From positions 540,001 to 572,000 of the forward strand of contig NZ_CP054059.1 of the NCBI RefSeq assembly GCF_021057185.1: a stretch of 32,000 nucleotides of DNA, read 5' to 3'. The stretch is from Candidatus Absconditicoccus praedator. GTDB lineage: Bacteria; Patescibacteriota; Gracilibacteria; Absconditabacterales; Absconditicoccaceae. The notes below the pieces were generated by a model. It worked only from the letters and a program-made list of their open reading frames with translations, ran no database searches and was not told where the DNA came from. The translations under genes and the position numbers were made by a program. This document shows, one piece after another, positions 1-9,469 of the stretch (positions are counted from its first letter, which is position 1; each line of letters begins with the position of its first letter).

Positions 1-1086
1 ATCAGAAACTACTTCTCAAATATTTTCATAATCTACATTTATTCTTAAATGTTTTGGTAAAGAACTTTTTGATCTCAACTGCTTTAGTTTGGATTTCAAT
101 TTTTCTTCCTTATCTTTGTACTCAGCAGCCTTAAAGTAATCTTGACATGAAATACTACTTTCTATATTTTTTTGTACTTCAGATAACTGTTTTTCTACTT
201 TTTGATATTCTTCATTATTTTTAAGTTTTTGAGTAAGAGTAGATTGTCTTGCACATGCCTCGTCCAAAATGTCAATTGCTTTATCTGGAAGATGTTTATT
301 TAGCATATATCTTGAACTAAGGTCAACACTTCATTTCAAAGCATCATTAGTGATATTTACTCAATGATATTCTTCAAATCTTTCCCTTATTCAAGTAAGT
401 ATACCAATAGCATCATCTCTTTTGGGTTCTTCTACATTTACTTCTTGAAATCTTCTTTTAAGTGCAGCATCTTTTTCTATATGCTTTTGATACTCGTCAT
501 AGGTAGTTGCTCAAATCAATTGAAGTTTTCATCTTGCCAAAAATGGTTTAAGCATATTGGAAGCATCTGCTCATCATTCTGTATTTCAAGCTCATATTAT
601 AGTATGTATTTCGTCAATAAATAAGATTACATTATTGGTTGGATCTATAGCTTCTTCAAGCACTGCTTTAAATCTTGCTTCAAATTCTCACCTATACTTA
701 GTTCAAGCCACAATACTTCAAATATCAAGCATAAAAACTCTTTTATTTTGAAGCTTTTCTGGTACATCATTATCCACTATTCTTTTTGCTAATCATTCTA
801 TAATCGCTGTTTTTCCAACACCAGCTTCTCAAATCAATAAAGGATTGTTTTTTGTCTTTCTCAAAAGAGTATATATACACTGTTGAATTTCTTGATCTCT
901 TCATATTACTGGATCAAGTTCTCAATTTTTAGCTTCTCTTGTTAGATCTGTACCAAAACTTTCAAGAGTAAGTGTTTGTTCTTCTTGTTTAGTAGCAGAA
1001 GAACCTATTTTACTATCTTCTCAATCCTCTGCTAACTCTTGATTTGAGTTATAAATTTTATAATTTTTTAATAGATCTTGTCTCAT
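1..1086 (-). CDS. clpC: ClpC/ClpB-type AAA+ chaperone ATPase, N-terminal part (gene runs off the window at position 1); lacks the usual Clp_N domain
   Basis: Table-25 translation from ATG at 1086 gives [30 protein letters not shown] (Walker A), [53 protein letters not shown] and a UVR-like linker [16 protein letters not shown]. Many in-frame TGA fall on invariant Gly. An in-frame TAA lies 4 codons upstream of the ATG. Confidence 0.9.
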
Positions 1087-1169
1087 TTGGTGGTTTTATA
1101 GTTAAATTTATTTTTTGACAGAACGCTTAATTGATGCTATTATAATAAATATTAAAACATAAAATTCAA

Positions 1170-1373
1170 TTATTTTTTCTTTTTAAAAATTTTTTTCATT
1201 TCTATAACTCCCCCTCAAAAAAAGCTTAAAAAAGAAGTTATTTTATCTTTTAGTTTCTTAAAAAATCATCTTCATTTTGGGGACATTCAAAATCATCATA
1301 GTCACAAAATTGCAGTTCATATCACTCATCAAACTAAAAATTTATTTAATTTTTTCTCAAACAAGTTTTTCAT
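1170..1373 (-). CDS. Small Gly-rich membrane protein, YtxH-like (67 aa)
   Basis: MKNLFEKKLNKFLVGGVIGTAILGLGGFGMSPKGRGFFKKLKDK... resembles the YtxH pattern (hydrophobic Gly-rich helix, then SPKSG-like motif and a basic helix). It contains 13 UGA-Gly codons, so it is invisible in the standard-code track. Confidence 0.5.
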
Positions 1374-1436
1374 AATATCACCTACTTATTAAATGTGCTA
1401 TATTTATAATTATAATATATTTTTTTTCAAGTAATT

Positions 1437-3044
1437 TTAATCACATCTTACCCAGTAAACTTCATCTTCCTGAACTTCATACTCTCATATTTGATCTGCT
1501 AAATTATCTTCATCTATTCATTCAGAATAATCATATCCAAGCTGTCTTGGTGACACCTCAGCCACACTACAGTTATCTTCTATCACAGAAGACAAGATTT
1601 GTCCAGACTCAAATCACCTAATATTCCACATACTTTCAAAATCATTTTGTTTTTTTGTATCATCCTGTACCTTTACTTCTACTACTTGATCAGTAGATCC
1701 ATCATTTGTAAATCTATAAACATTACTTGTTCAATCATCCATTGATACAAATTCTTGTGAAGAATTATCCCAATTTTCAATAGTTATATAGTCTTCATAG
1801 TCAAATTCTTCTGGATATTCTTCAATATAAGCATAATGCCATTCTTCAGCAGGAATTTGAATATAATAAACTCAATCCATCACACAAACAGCATATCAGT
1901 CCTCTCAACATGGTTGATCTTCTCATTCTCAGCCTATTTCCTCTCATTCATCTTCTTCATCCTCTTCTTTTCAGTCTCCAAATCAGTCATTATATCATCT
2001 TTCATATCATTCCTCATAATTTTCTGGCTTATCATCTGGCACATAGTATGATTCTCTTTCCTCATTTCATTCTTCTTTATCATATTCACCATCTTCTTTA
2101 CCTGCCTTGTATCAATCATAATATTCCCATCAATCACTATATCACTCTTCGTATCACTCTCAATACTCATCCGATTTATTATCTGGTACATAGTACGATT
2201 CTCTTTCCTCATTTCATTCTTTTTTGTCTCATAGTCAGTCTGAAAATCAATCTTCATATCACTCTTCATTTGTTCATTCTCAGCCTATTTCCTCTCATTC
2301 ATCTTCTTCATCCTCTTCTTTTCAGTCTCCAAATCAGTCACTATATCATTTTTCATATCATTCCTCATAATTTTCTGACTTATCATCTGGCACATAGTAT
2401 GATTCTCTTTCCTCATTTCATTCTTCTTTATCATATTCACCATCTTCTTTACCTGCCTTGTATCAATCATAATATTCCCATCAATCACTATATCACTCTT
2501 CATATCACTCTCAATACTCATCCGATTTATTATCTGGTACATAGTACGATTCTCTTTCCTCATTTCAGTCTTTTTTGTCTCATAGTCAGTCTGAAAATCA
2601 ATCCTCATATCACTCTTCATTTGTTCATTCTCAGTCTCAACTATCAACTCAGTTAGAAGATTCATTAAACTTATACTTTCATAGTATTTTTTGTATTTCT
2701 AGAATTTTTTCTATTATATACTCAGCACGATTTTTTTCTATTCAAATTTTTCTCGACACTTCTGCAGAAGCATGTCATATTTCTTTATTTCTTTGCTTAT
2801 AATAATCCCTTATATTCAATAAATTTTCTATTTCTCTATCATATGCAGAAAAATCAAACATATTATTCTTCACCATAACATACAAACGATCTTTTATAAC
2901 TTCTTTTTCTTCTGAAGTTACCTGTCAAATATTAGGATTCAAGTCCAAATCTGAGTATGAAGAATAATCACTAAAATTAAATCAGTGCACTAATCAAAAT
3001 GACAATATCAACACTGAAAAGAAAAAAAATTTTTTTAAGTTCAT
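1437..3044 (-). CDS. Secreted hyper-acidic tandem-repeat protein (535 aa): signal peptide, helical N-region, 2 x 117-aa D/E/G/Y repeats, C-terminal Cys-containing domain
   Basis: ATG at 3044, signal peptide MNLKKFFFFSVLILSFGLVHG, open to TAA at 1437-1439 only with UGA=Gly. Length is divisible by 3, and the frame was checked from both ends through the repeats. The repeat unit reads EGTNEEGYEDGFSDGLGDKKEGNEERESYYVPDNKSDEYGEGYEEGYSDGWEYYDGYKAGKEDGEYDKEEGNEERESYYVPDDKPENYEEGYERGYNDGFGDGKEEDEEDEGEEIGG. Confidence 0.8.
1921..2634. repeat. Two near-identical tandem copies of a 351-bp unit (in-frame 117 codons), each with an internal sub-duplication
   Basis: agcctatttcctctcattcatc occurs at 1931 and again at 2282 (period 351). 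I saw only a handful of substitutions between the copies. The sub-motif attctctttcctcatttca occurs twice per unit. Confidence 0.95.
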
Positions 3045-3106
3045 AACTTTTATTTTTTAAATATAAATACTTAGAAAGTATATTATTTTTTATTGAAAAT
3101 TCAACA

Positions 3107-3661
3107 CTATCACAACCTATAAAAATATCTAACATAAATTATCAATGCCAACATAGTAGTAATCAAAATAAAATAAAGTGCTGGTCAACTTTCTGGCTCT
3201 CACATAGATCTAGAATCTATTCCTTCATTGATTATACTAGTTTCATAAACCACCACATATTCTCAATCAATTCTAGCTTGAGCCCTCACAAGATATTCTC
3301 AAGGTGCATCCAAATGTACATCTTCTCACAAAGGCTTTGAACGGTATGTACTTCAATCCCTATTAACCATTATCAATGGACTATATTCATTATAATCTAT
3401 ATCCCAATCTACTCAGATATATTTTTCTCATCAATCTTCTTTTTTATGTATATTGGGGTTTGGCAAATCGTCTGCTGCATGATGCACATCATCAGATGAA
3501 TCTTCATCAGAATCTATAACATCCTGATCAAATTCAGATTGATCTTGCTGTTGCTCTTCTATATCTATATCTTGAAAAAGATCTTCAAATGCTGACTCAT
3601 CATCTGCGAAAACAAAATTAAAAATAACTGACAACAACAGTATAAACGTTAGTTTTTTCAT
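3107..3661 (-). CDS. Exported protein with acidic N-terminal linker and C-terminal TM anchor (184 aa)
   Basis: The track ORF 3431-3661 (MKKLTFILLLSVIFNFVFA signal peptide, then a D/E/Q-rich stretch) continues through UGA codons: ...GGEKYIGVDWDIDYNEYSPLIMVNRDGSTYRSKPLGEDVHLDAPGEYLVRAQARIDGEYVVVYETSIINEG... It ends with the hydrophobic ALYFILITTMLALIIYVRYF and TAG at 3107-3109. Confidence 0.7.
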
Positions 3662-3718
3662 TTTTAAATTTTACTTTTTAAATTTTTATAAAAATAATCA
3701 AAAAACATCAAAAATCAA

Positions 3719-4882
3719 TTATAGTTTTTCTATTTTTTGATTAAACTTGTCTCTAGTAGATGGTCAAAAGTATCATTTTATAGAAATATCTGCATCTTCT
3801 GATAGTATTCAATTATCCAACTGAAATCTATAAATAGAAACTATTGTATTCATATCATATTTAGAGTTTTTATTTGATTCGTCTAAATATCAAAATTTTA
3901 CAAGATAACTTTCTATCTTTGCCACCTCTTCAGATTCTTCTCATTTAGGAATTCACCTTTCAAAGCTTACTCAACTTGCAGACTCATCATCATTTTCATC
4001 CATATCGGATGAATCGGTTGACTCATCAGGTTCTTCTTGGGATTCTATTCATGCCAATGGTGTATCATCTTCTTCTTTGGTAGTAGTTATTATATAATTT
4101 TTATACATATCATTGTTAAAAAATCCTTTTGATTCAGCCAAATCTTTGAGTACACTCCTAGTTCTAGGTCAGAAATATCAACAATAATTATCTGATGAGT
4201 CTGTTATTCAATGTACTTGCTGAAATTTACAAACAGCTTGTCTAGTTATTGGACCATAATATCAAGTAACAGATGAATCATCTATATATCCAAGTTTATA
4301 CATATATTCTTGTAATGTTTCTACGAATGGATCTTGCCTTCAAGGAGTCAAATAAACTCACCACAAAGAAACCCTAAAAAAATCATTATGTATTGGGAAT
4401 TGATCCATATCAAATCAACTTTCTCATCCTGGACATACATATCAAGCAATTGTTCTTTTACCAAATGATAATGCCCTCTTAAGTCATTCCTCTCAATATC
4501 ACATCCATATATCTATTCTATCATGTGAGTATCATCTTTGCCCTGCATTTACTATAGCCTGTCACCTATCATGGACTTCTCACATCCCATATCAAGGGAA
4601 ATATATATTTGTTCAAAATTCATAATTTCTTGGAGCTGCTATCATTCCATTGAATACAGCCCTTCAGGAAGCTCAATGTGTACCCCTTCAATTCAATCTT
4701 ATTTCCCTATAAAAATCTGATCTATAATAAAAATCTTGTCATTCAAGAGGTGAATAATATCAAGAAACAATAAAATATCTTTTTTCACAGTTTGATGTAT
4801 CTACATTATTTGCAAAACTAAAGCTAGAGAACAAGAAAAACGATAGAATTAGAATTATCTTTGTTGTTTTTTGAATTTTCAT
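3719..4882 (-). CDS. Secreted cell-wall protein: 3D (MltA/RlpA-like double-psi barrel) domain plus two PG_binding_1-type repeats separated by an acidic linker (387 aa)
   Basis: Signal peptide MKIQKTTKIILILSFFLFSSFSFA. 3D-domain pattern YYSPLEGQ...THGASGRAVFNGMIAAP...PGYGMGEVHDRGQAI...RIDIWMG. PG-binding pattern LQEYMYKLGYIDDSSVTGYYGPITRQAVCKFQQVHGI and IESYLVKFGYLDES...IYRFQLDNGI...GYFGPSTRDKF. Confidence 0.8.
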
Positions 4883-4991
4883 TTTTATTTTTATTTATAA
4901 AATAACACAATAATTATTTTAATAATTAAAAAATATAAAGCAAAAAAACAAAAATAATTAAAAAAAACAGTATTGACATATACTTATTTAA

Positions 4992-5447
4992 CTATTTTGA
5001 CTTAATAGAAAGTTTTAGGTTGTATTTTTTTCACTCAAAAGTAACAAACACATCATAATCCCCCACCTGCTCTATTTTTTTCGGCATCTCAATGCATTTT
5101 GCAGTTAGTTTTACTCAGTAAGTTTTTAGCACAATATTTAGTATATCATTAACACCAATCTTATCATATAGCTTTCCTCAAGGAGATACAGATTTTTGAA
5201 TAACAAGTCAGTTTGATCTCACATCTTCCAAAAAATTATCAAATCTCTCCTTTTGTTTTTTTCTTGTGTTTTCTTCTTGCTGTTTTTGTTGATTTATCTT
5301 GTTGATATCATCGTTTTCTGCTAATTTTGCAATATTTTTTTTGATTAATACATTTTTTGCATAAGGAGCAGATACTTCAGCCAATGTACCTTTATTACCT
5401 ATTCAAGCAACATTTTCTAACAATACCACTTTAACTTTTTTTCACAT
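4992..5447 (-). CDS. rplI: 50S ribosomal protein L9
   Basis: MGKKVKVVLLENVAGIGNKGTLAEVSAPYAKNVLIKKNIAKLA... matches the L9 N-domain consensus (VILLEDVxGLGKKGDxVEVxxGYARNFL). 151 aa, TAG stop at 4992-4994. Confidence 0.85.
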
Positions 5448-5468
5448 ACAGTTCTTTTATATATTAAA

Positions 5469-5798
5469 TTATTTGTCAACCTCATATTTACTCATAAGAT
5501 GCAAGTGTATATGAAACACTTCCTGTCAGTGATCCGAACCAGAATTAATCAAAAGATTGCATCATTTAAGATTTTTTAGTTGTATAATATGCCAAGCTAT
5601 ATCATACATTCATTTGATCAAGTTTTTATCTTCTTCATTATCTACTGAATGAAACATTTTTATATGTTTTTTTGGAATTATAAGTATATGTACAGGTGTC
5701 TTTGGATTTATGTCATTAAAAGCAATATAACTGTCATCTTCATAAACTTTTTCAGCAGGAATTTCTCAATTTACTATTTTACAAAATATACACTCCAT
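5469..5798 (-). CDS. HIT-family (histidine triad) nucleotide hydrolase
   Basis: [45 protein letters not shown]... and the triad [12 protein letters not shown]. 109 aa. Confidence 0.9.
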
Positions 5799-5935
5799 TA
5801 GATAAACTTATTTGGTAAACTTAATTAATAAAATATATACATTTTTTTTCTTTTTCAATAAAATATATCTTAAACTTCTCTATTAAAACGATTCTAAATC
5901 AATCCATAACAATAACATTTTTACAATTTTAAAAA

Positions 5936-6694
5936 TTATATTTTTTTTAAATATTTAGCATAAGGATTTCATTTATTGTCAAAATACACATCATAAAGAG
6001 GCTTACCTTTTGCAAGCTTACTTGCAGTTTGATTAAGATGTTTTTGAGTCATTGAGTAAATATCTTTTTTAACTCTCTCGTAATTATAGTTTTTGGGAAT
6101 CAATCATTTTTGAAATAATTTTTTTATAATTAACAAATGTCTTGCCTTGATTGTATTTGGAGTAAATACAAAAAATTGTCTTCTTGCTTTATTATCATCC
6201 AAAAAAGTATGATAAATAGAGTATTTTTCTGAGTTTACTATTAATACTGCTTCTTCTTCATGAGCTCAGTACAAGATTTCATTATTAGCTCATTCTTTTT
6301 CCAAACTTTCCAAGGTTTTTATCAAAAAACTTATATCTTTCTTTGTTAGATTGTATTCTGATGGTTTTTTTAGTTCACAAAGTATATGTCAACATCAAAT
6401 ACATTCATCATAAGAATAATTTTCATAATCTTTATTTGAATGATGTTCATCTGTATGAAAAGAAAAGTTTTTTAATCATCATACTACCTCTAGCATAACA
6501 TCCAAAATATCATCATTTTTTATATCAATATCTTGATTGTTGAAAAATGCAATCATACCAGCCAAATCACCTAGGTCTGCTCAAGGAATACTAACACCCA
6601 CCTCATAATTTGTTGATGGATATCTTCAGTCTATACAAACACTTTTATAAGGAAACTTTATTTTAAATGTTCAATTTAGAAGTTCTATGTTCAT
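5936..6694 (-). CDS. Hypothetical protein (252 aa) with Cys/His motifs CIDGR, HTDEHH and CIGCGH
   Basis: Open only in table 25. ATG at 6694 overlaps the stop of the upstream gene by 10 nt. No family recognised with confidence. Confidence 0.6.
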
Positions 6695-7086
6695 ATTAAT
6701 GGTTTTAGGAAATGAAATATTGAATATATAGGATTTTGATAGTTGTTTGCTTCGTATTTAGCTTGAAACAAAAGTCTCTGTTTTTTCTCAAAAGACAATT
6801 TTCATATCAAGTTTGAAATAAGAAATATTATTCAAATCAGCACTTTATCTTCTTCAATCTGCTCTATAGTTTTGTTATAATGTACAACATAATCTATAAA
6901 ATCTTGATGATCTTCAATAGATAACTGTACACAAATCTTATCAAGCTCTTGATATACTTTATCTTTTAAACTTTCTTCTAAAAAAAGATTCTGTATTACT
7001 TCTCAAATTTGTTTTGTCATAACTATTGTTTGATTTATTTTTCAGGTTATTCCTGCCTCAGCCAACAAGACTTCATTTTGCAACAT
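6685..7086 (-). CDS. Hypothetical small protein (133 aa from ATG 7086; alternative ATG at 7020 gives 111 aa)
   Basis: Continuous table-25 frame MLQNEVLLAEAGITGKINQTIVMTKQIGEVIQNLFLEESLKD... ending in TAG at 6685-6687 inside the start region of the next gene (ATGAACATAG overlap). Start choice is uncertain. Confidence 0.5.
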
Positions 7087-7256
7087 TTTTCTCAATAAAC
7101 TACTAAAACAAAAATTAGAATAAACAAACAACAACACATGTCAAGTAAATAATAACAAAAAATTGTTTTATAAAGATATTTAGCTAACTCTTTAAGTTTA
7201 AGGTTAAATAAAACATTTTTATAATACGTAACTTAAACTATCGGTAAGAATAAAAC

Positions 7257-7284
7257 TTGAATTTAAAAAAAACATCAATATAAA
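7257..7284 (+). promoter_or_regulatory. Candidate sigma70-type promoter for the thioredoxin/CcdA operon
   Basis: TTGAAT (7257-7262), 16-nt spacer, TATAAA (7279-7284), 32 nt upstream of ATG 7316. Such matches are frequent in AT-rich DNA. Confidence 0.3.
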
Positions 7285-7315
7285 TTTATCATTTATTTGT
7301 ATAAAATATCATTAT

Positions 7316-7588
7316 ATGAAAATTGTGTTTGTAGGTGCTATTTGGTGTAATTCATGTCTTGTTGCAAAACCAATTGTAAATAAAATTATACAAGAATATT
7401 CTGATATTATATATGAAGAATACGATTTTGATACTCACAAAGATATAGTAGAAAAGTACAATCTTGATGATGCCCTACCTGCAATAATATTTGAATCAAC
7501 AAACTGACAAGTTCTTAAAAAGCATATTTGAGAAATATCAGAAAAACAACTAAAAAACAACCTAAAGGAGCTATTTAACATAGACTAA
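7316..7588 (+). CDS. Small thioredoxin-fold protein with WCNSC active site (90 aa)
   Basis: The track ORF ends at TGA 7505, but the sequence continues ...FESTNGQVLKKHIGEISEKQLKNNLKELFNID. Both UGA sit where thioredoxin-fold proteins carry Gly (xxxGxxxxxxxGxxxxxxL). Confidence 0.8.
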
Positions 7589-7644
7589 AAATTTGAAAAA
7601 TTATTGTTCAAAATAATAAATTTAATTCGAAACTAAAAATAATA

Positions 7645-8115
7645 ATGAAAAAGATTTTTTTAATAGCAATACTATCATTTTCAATCATAATCTATTGATG
7701 TGATTGAAATTGAGAAGGAACAAATAACAACAACCAGTCAAACTGAAATTCACAAGAATCAGCTTATGAAATACAACCCCAAGAATGAGTAACACAAATA
7801 TATTATTTTTGGTGAGATGGTTGCCCTGCTTGCGATACTCAAAATCAAATATGGGAAGATCTAGAAAACAATGAAGATTACAAAGACAAAATCAACATAA
7901 ATAAATTTGAAACATGGTGAGATAGACAAAACTCTAGACTTATGTGAGAGATTTGAAGTCAACTTTGAGTTCGTACAACTTGAGTTCCTCTAACTATAAT
8001 CTGAGAAGAATCTTTTGTATGAGTAGATAAAAACAATATGATTGAAAAAATTGATTATTGCATAGAATATGAATGTAATGATGAAGTAATTGATATAATC
8101 AATAATTTTGAATAA
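7645..8115 (+). CDS. Thioredoxin-fold lipoprotein with CPAC motif (156 aa)
   Basis: MKKIFLIAILSFSIIIYGC lipobox (the -1 Gly is UGA), a low-complexity N/G/Q linker, then IYYFWGDGCPACDTQ and VPLTIIGEESFVG (cis-Pro region typical of the thioredoxin/DsbA fold). Confidence 0.75.
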
Positions 8116-8116
8116 T

Positions 8117-8968
8117 ATGAAATATATAACAATACTCATAACAACAGTACTATTGTTTTTGGTTGGATTTTGATTTGGTGAAAATATAGATAACACCTGA
8201 GATAATACTACAGGACAACAACATATAGTAGAACTTCCTTTTCTTTGAGATATCAATCTTTATGCGTTATCTATACCAGTGTTAACAATAATTGCATGAC
8301 TTTTGGATTGATTCAATCCATGTGCATTGTTTATATTATTGTTTTTATTGAGTATCCTACTTGGTAGCTGAGACAAAAAGAAAGTCATAATACTTTGAAG
8401 TACATTTATAATAGCTTCATGAATTGCATATCTTGGAATACTTTCATTCCTATTATTCACAGTACAAAGCATTCCTCAACACCTAAGAGGCACATTCCAA
8501 ATCATGGTATGAGTTTTGTGAATAATATTTGGTATATCAAGCCTTATAAAAGCATTCACTGAAAAAACTTGATGTTCGGTAATGTGAGAAAAAAGAAGAA
8601 AATTTTTCTTTGATAAAATACAAAAAGTAATACAACAAAAAAGTATGATTTTATCGATTATATGAATAAGTTTGATAGCATTCATAGTAAACTTTTTGGA
8701 AATGTTTTGTACAGTTTGAATACCTATCACATATGTAACAATATTAGAAGCCCAATGATTTTGATTAATTACAAATATACTTTTTTTGCTTGGTTATGTT
8801 TTCTTTTTTCTGCTTGATCATTTCATAATATTCTGATTTGCTGTTGCCACTTTTAGCCTAATATGAATAAGCAATAAACACAAAATCTGGATAAATATTC
8901 TTTGATGATTGTTAATGTTATGACTAGGTATAACAATTATTATTAAACCAGAATTATTAATGTTCTAA
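8117..8968 (+). CDS. ccdA: CcdA/DsbD-family transmembrane thiol:disulfide electron transporter (283 aa)
   Basis: Multi-pass hydrophobic protein with LLDGFNPCALFILL in the first helix region and a second Cys in FLEMFCTVGIP. Starts 2 nt after the stop of the lipoprotein gene. Confidence 0.8.
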
Positions 8969-9175
8969 TTAAAATATGTATTTATCATACAAAAAACAAC
9001 AGTATAGATATACCTTTAAAAAAAGAAACAAAAACATCTATGGAAAGCAATCTCCCAAAAAACAAGAATACATAAAACAACTAACTTTTAAAATAATGAA
9101 CTTTTTATTTTAATTTAATACAAGAGTAAATTTGATAATTTTTAGAGTGTTATCTAAATTAATACCTTTCTGGAA

Positions 9176-9370
9176 TTAATCTTTGTATATTTTATATCAA
9201 GCAATACGAACTCAGTCTCATCTTTTTTTTCATTTTTTAATAAAAAATATTCACAACAAAATATTTACTCACAAAAGTATGAAAAACCCACCCACAAGAT
9301 ATGCTAAAAACTCCGGAAATATTATAATCAACAATCAAAATACTATAAAAAACAAAGGTATTATAAACAT
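9176..9370 (-). CDS. Small two-helix membrane protein, DUF3096-like (64 aa)
   Basis: MFIIPLFFIVFGLLIIIFPEFLAYLVGGFFILLGVNILLGIFFIKKGKKRGDG... resembles the DUF3096 pattern (LIAGILILIFPxLLxxIVGIYLIxIGxLGL). Confidence 0.45.
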
Positions 9371-9469
9371 TATTTTTTTTATCTAATAAAACTTGCTTTT
9401 ATTTTTTATATAATTATACATTAGAATATAAAAATCAAGTAAAAAATTTTAAATTGATTATAGTATTTA

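Noticed and set aside
1921-2634. Regularly spaced repeats that could suggest a CRISPR array (also 20509-21175)
   Set aside because: The units are 351 bp and 108 bp, directly abutting with no unique spacers, and are in frame within coding sequence. No cas genes are present.
1910-2656. Longest ORF in the supplied track: 248 aa on the plus strand (MVDLLILSLFPLIHLLHPLLFS...)
   Set aside because: It is the antisense strand of the 351-bp acidic repeat. Its product is a His/Leu/Ile/Phe low-complexity string with no start context. The minus strand in table 25 gives a signal-peptide protein that stays in frame from 3044 to 1437.
7990-8730. Three minus-strand ORFs (88, 70, 84 aa)
   Set aside because: They lie inside and antisense to the lipoprotein and CcdA genes. 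The plus strand in table 25 gives continuous proteins with CPAC and DGFNPCA motifs.
8969-9175. 207-bp gap after ccdA, examined for a tRNA, small RNA or small ORF
   Set aside because: There is no cloverleaf-like GC-rich stems, no convincing hairpin, and only an 11-codon ORF. I left it as intergenic.
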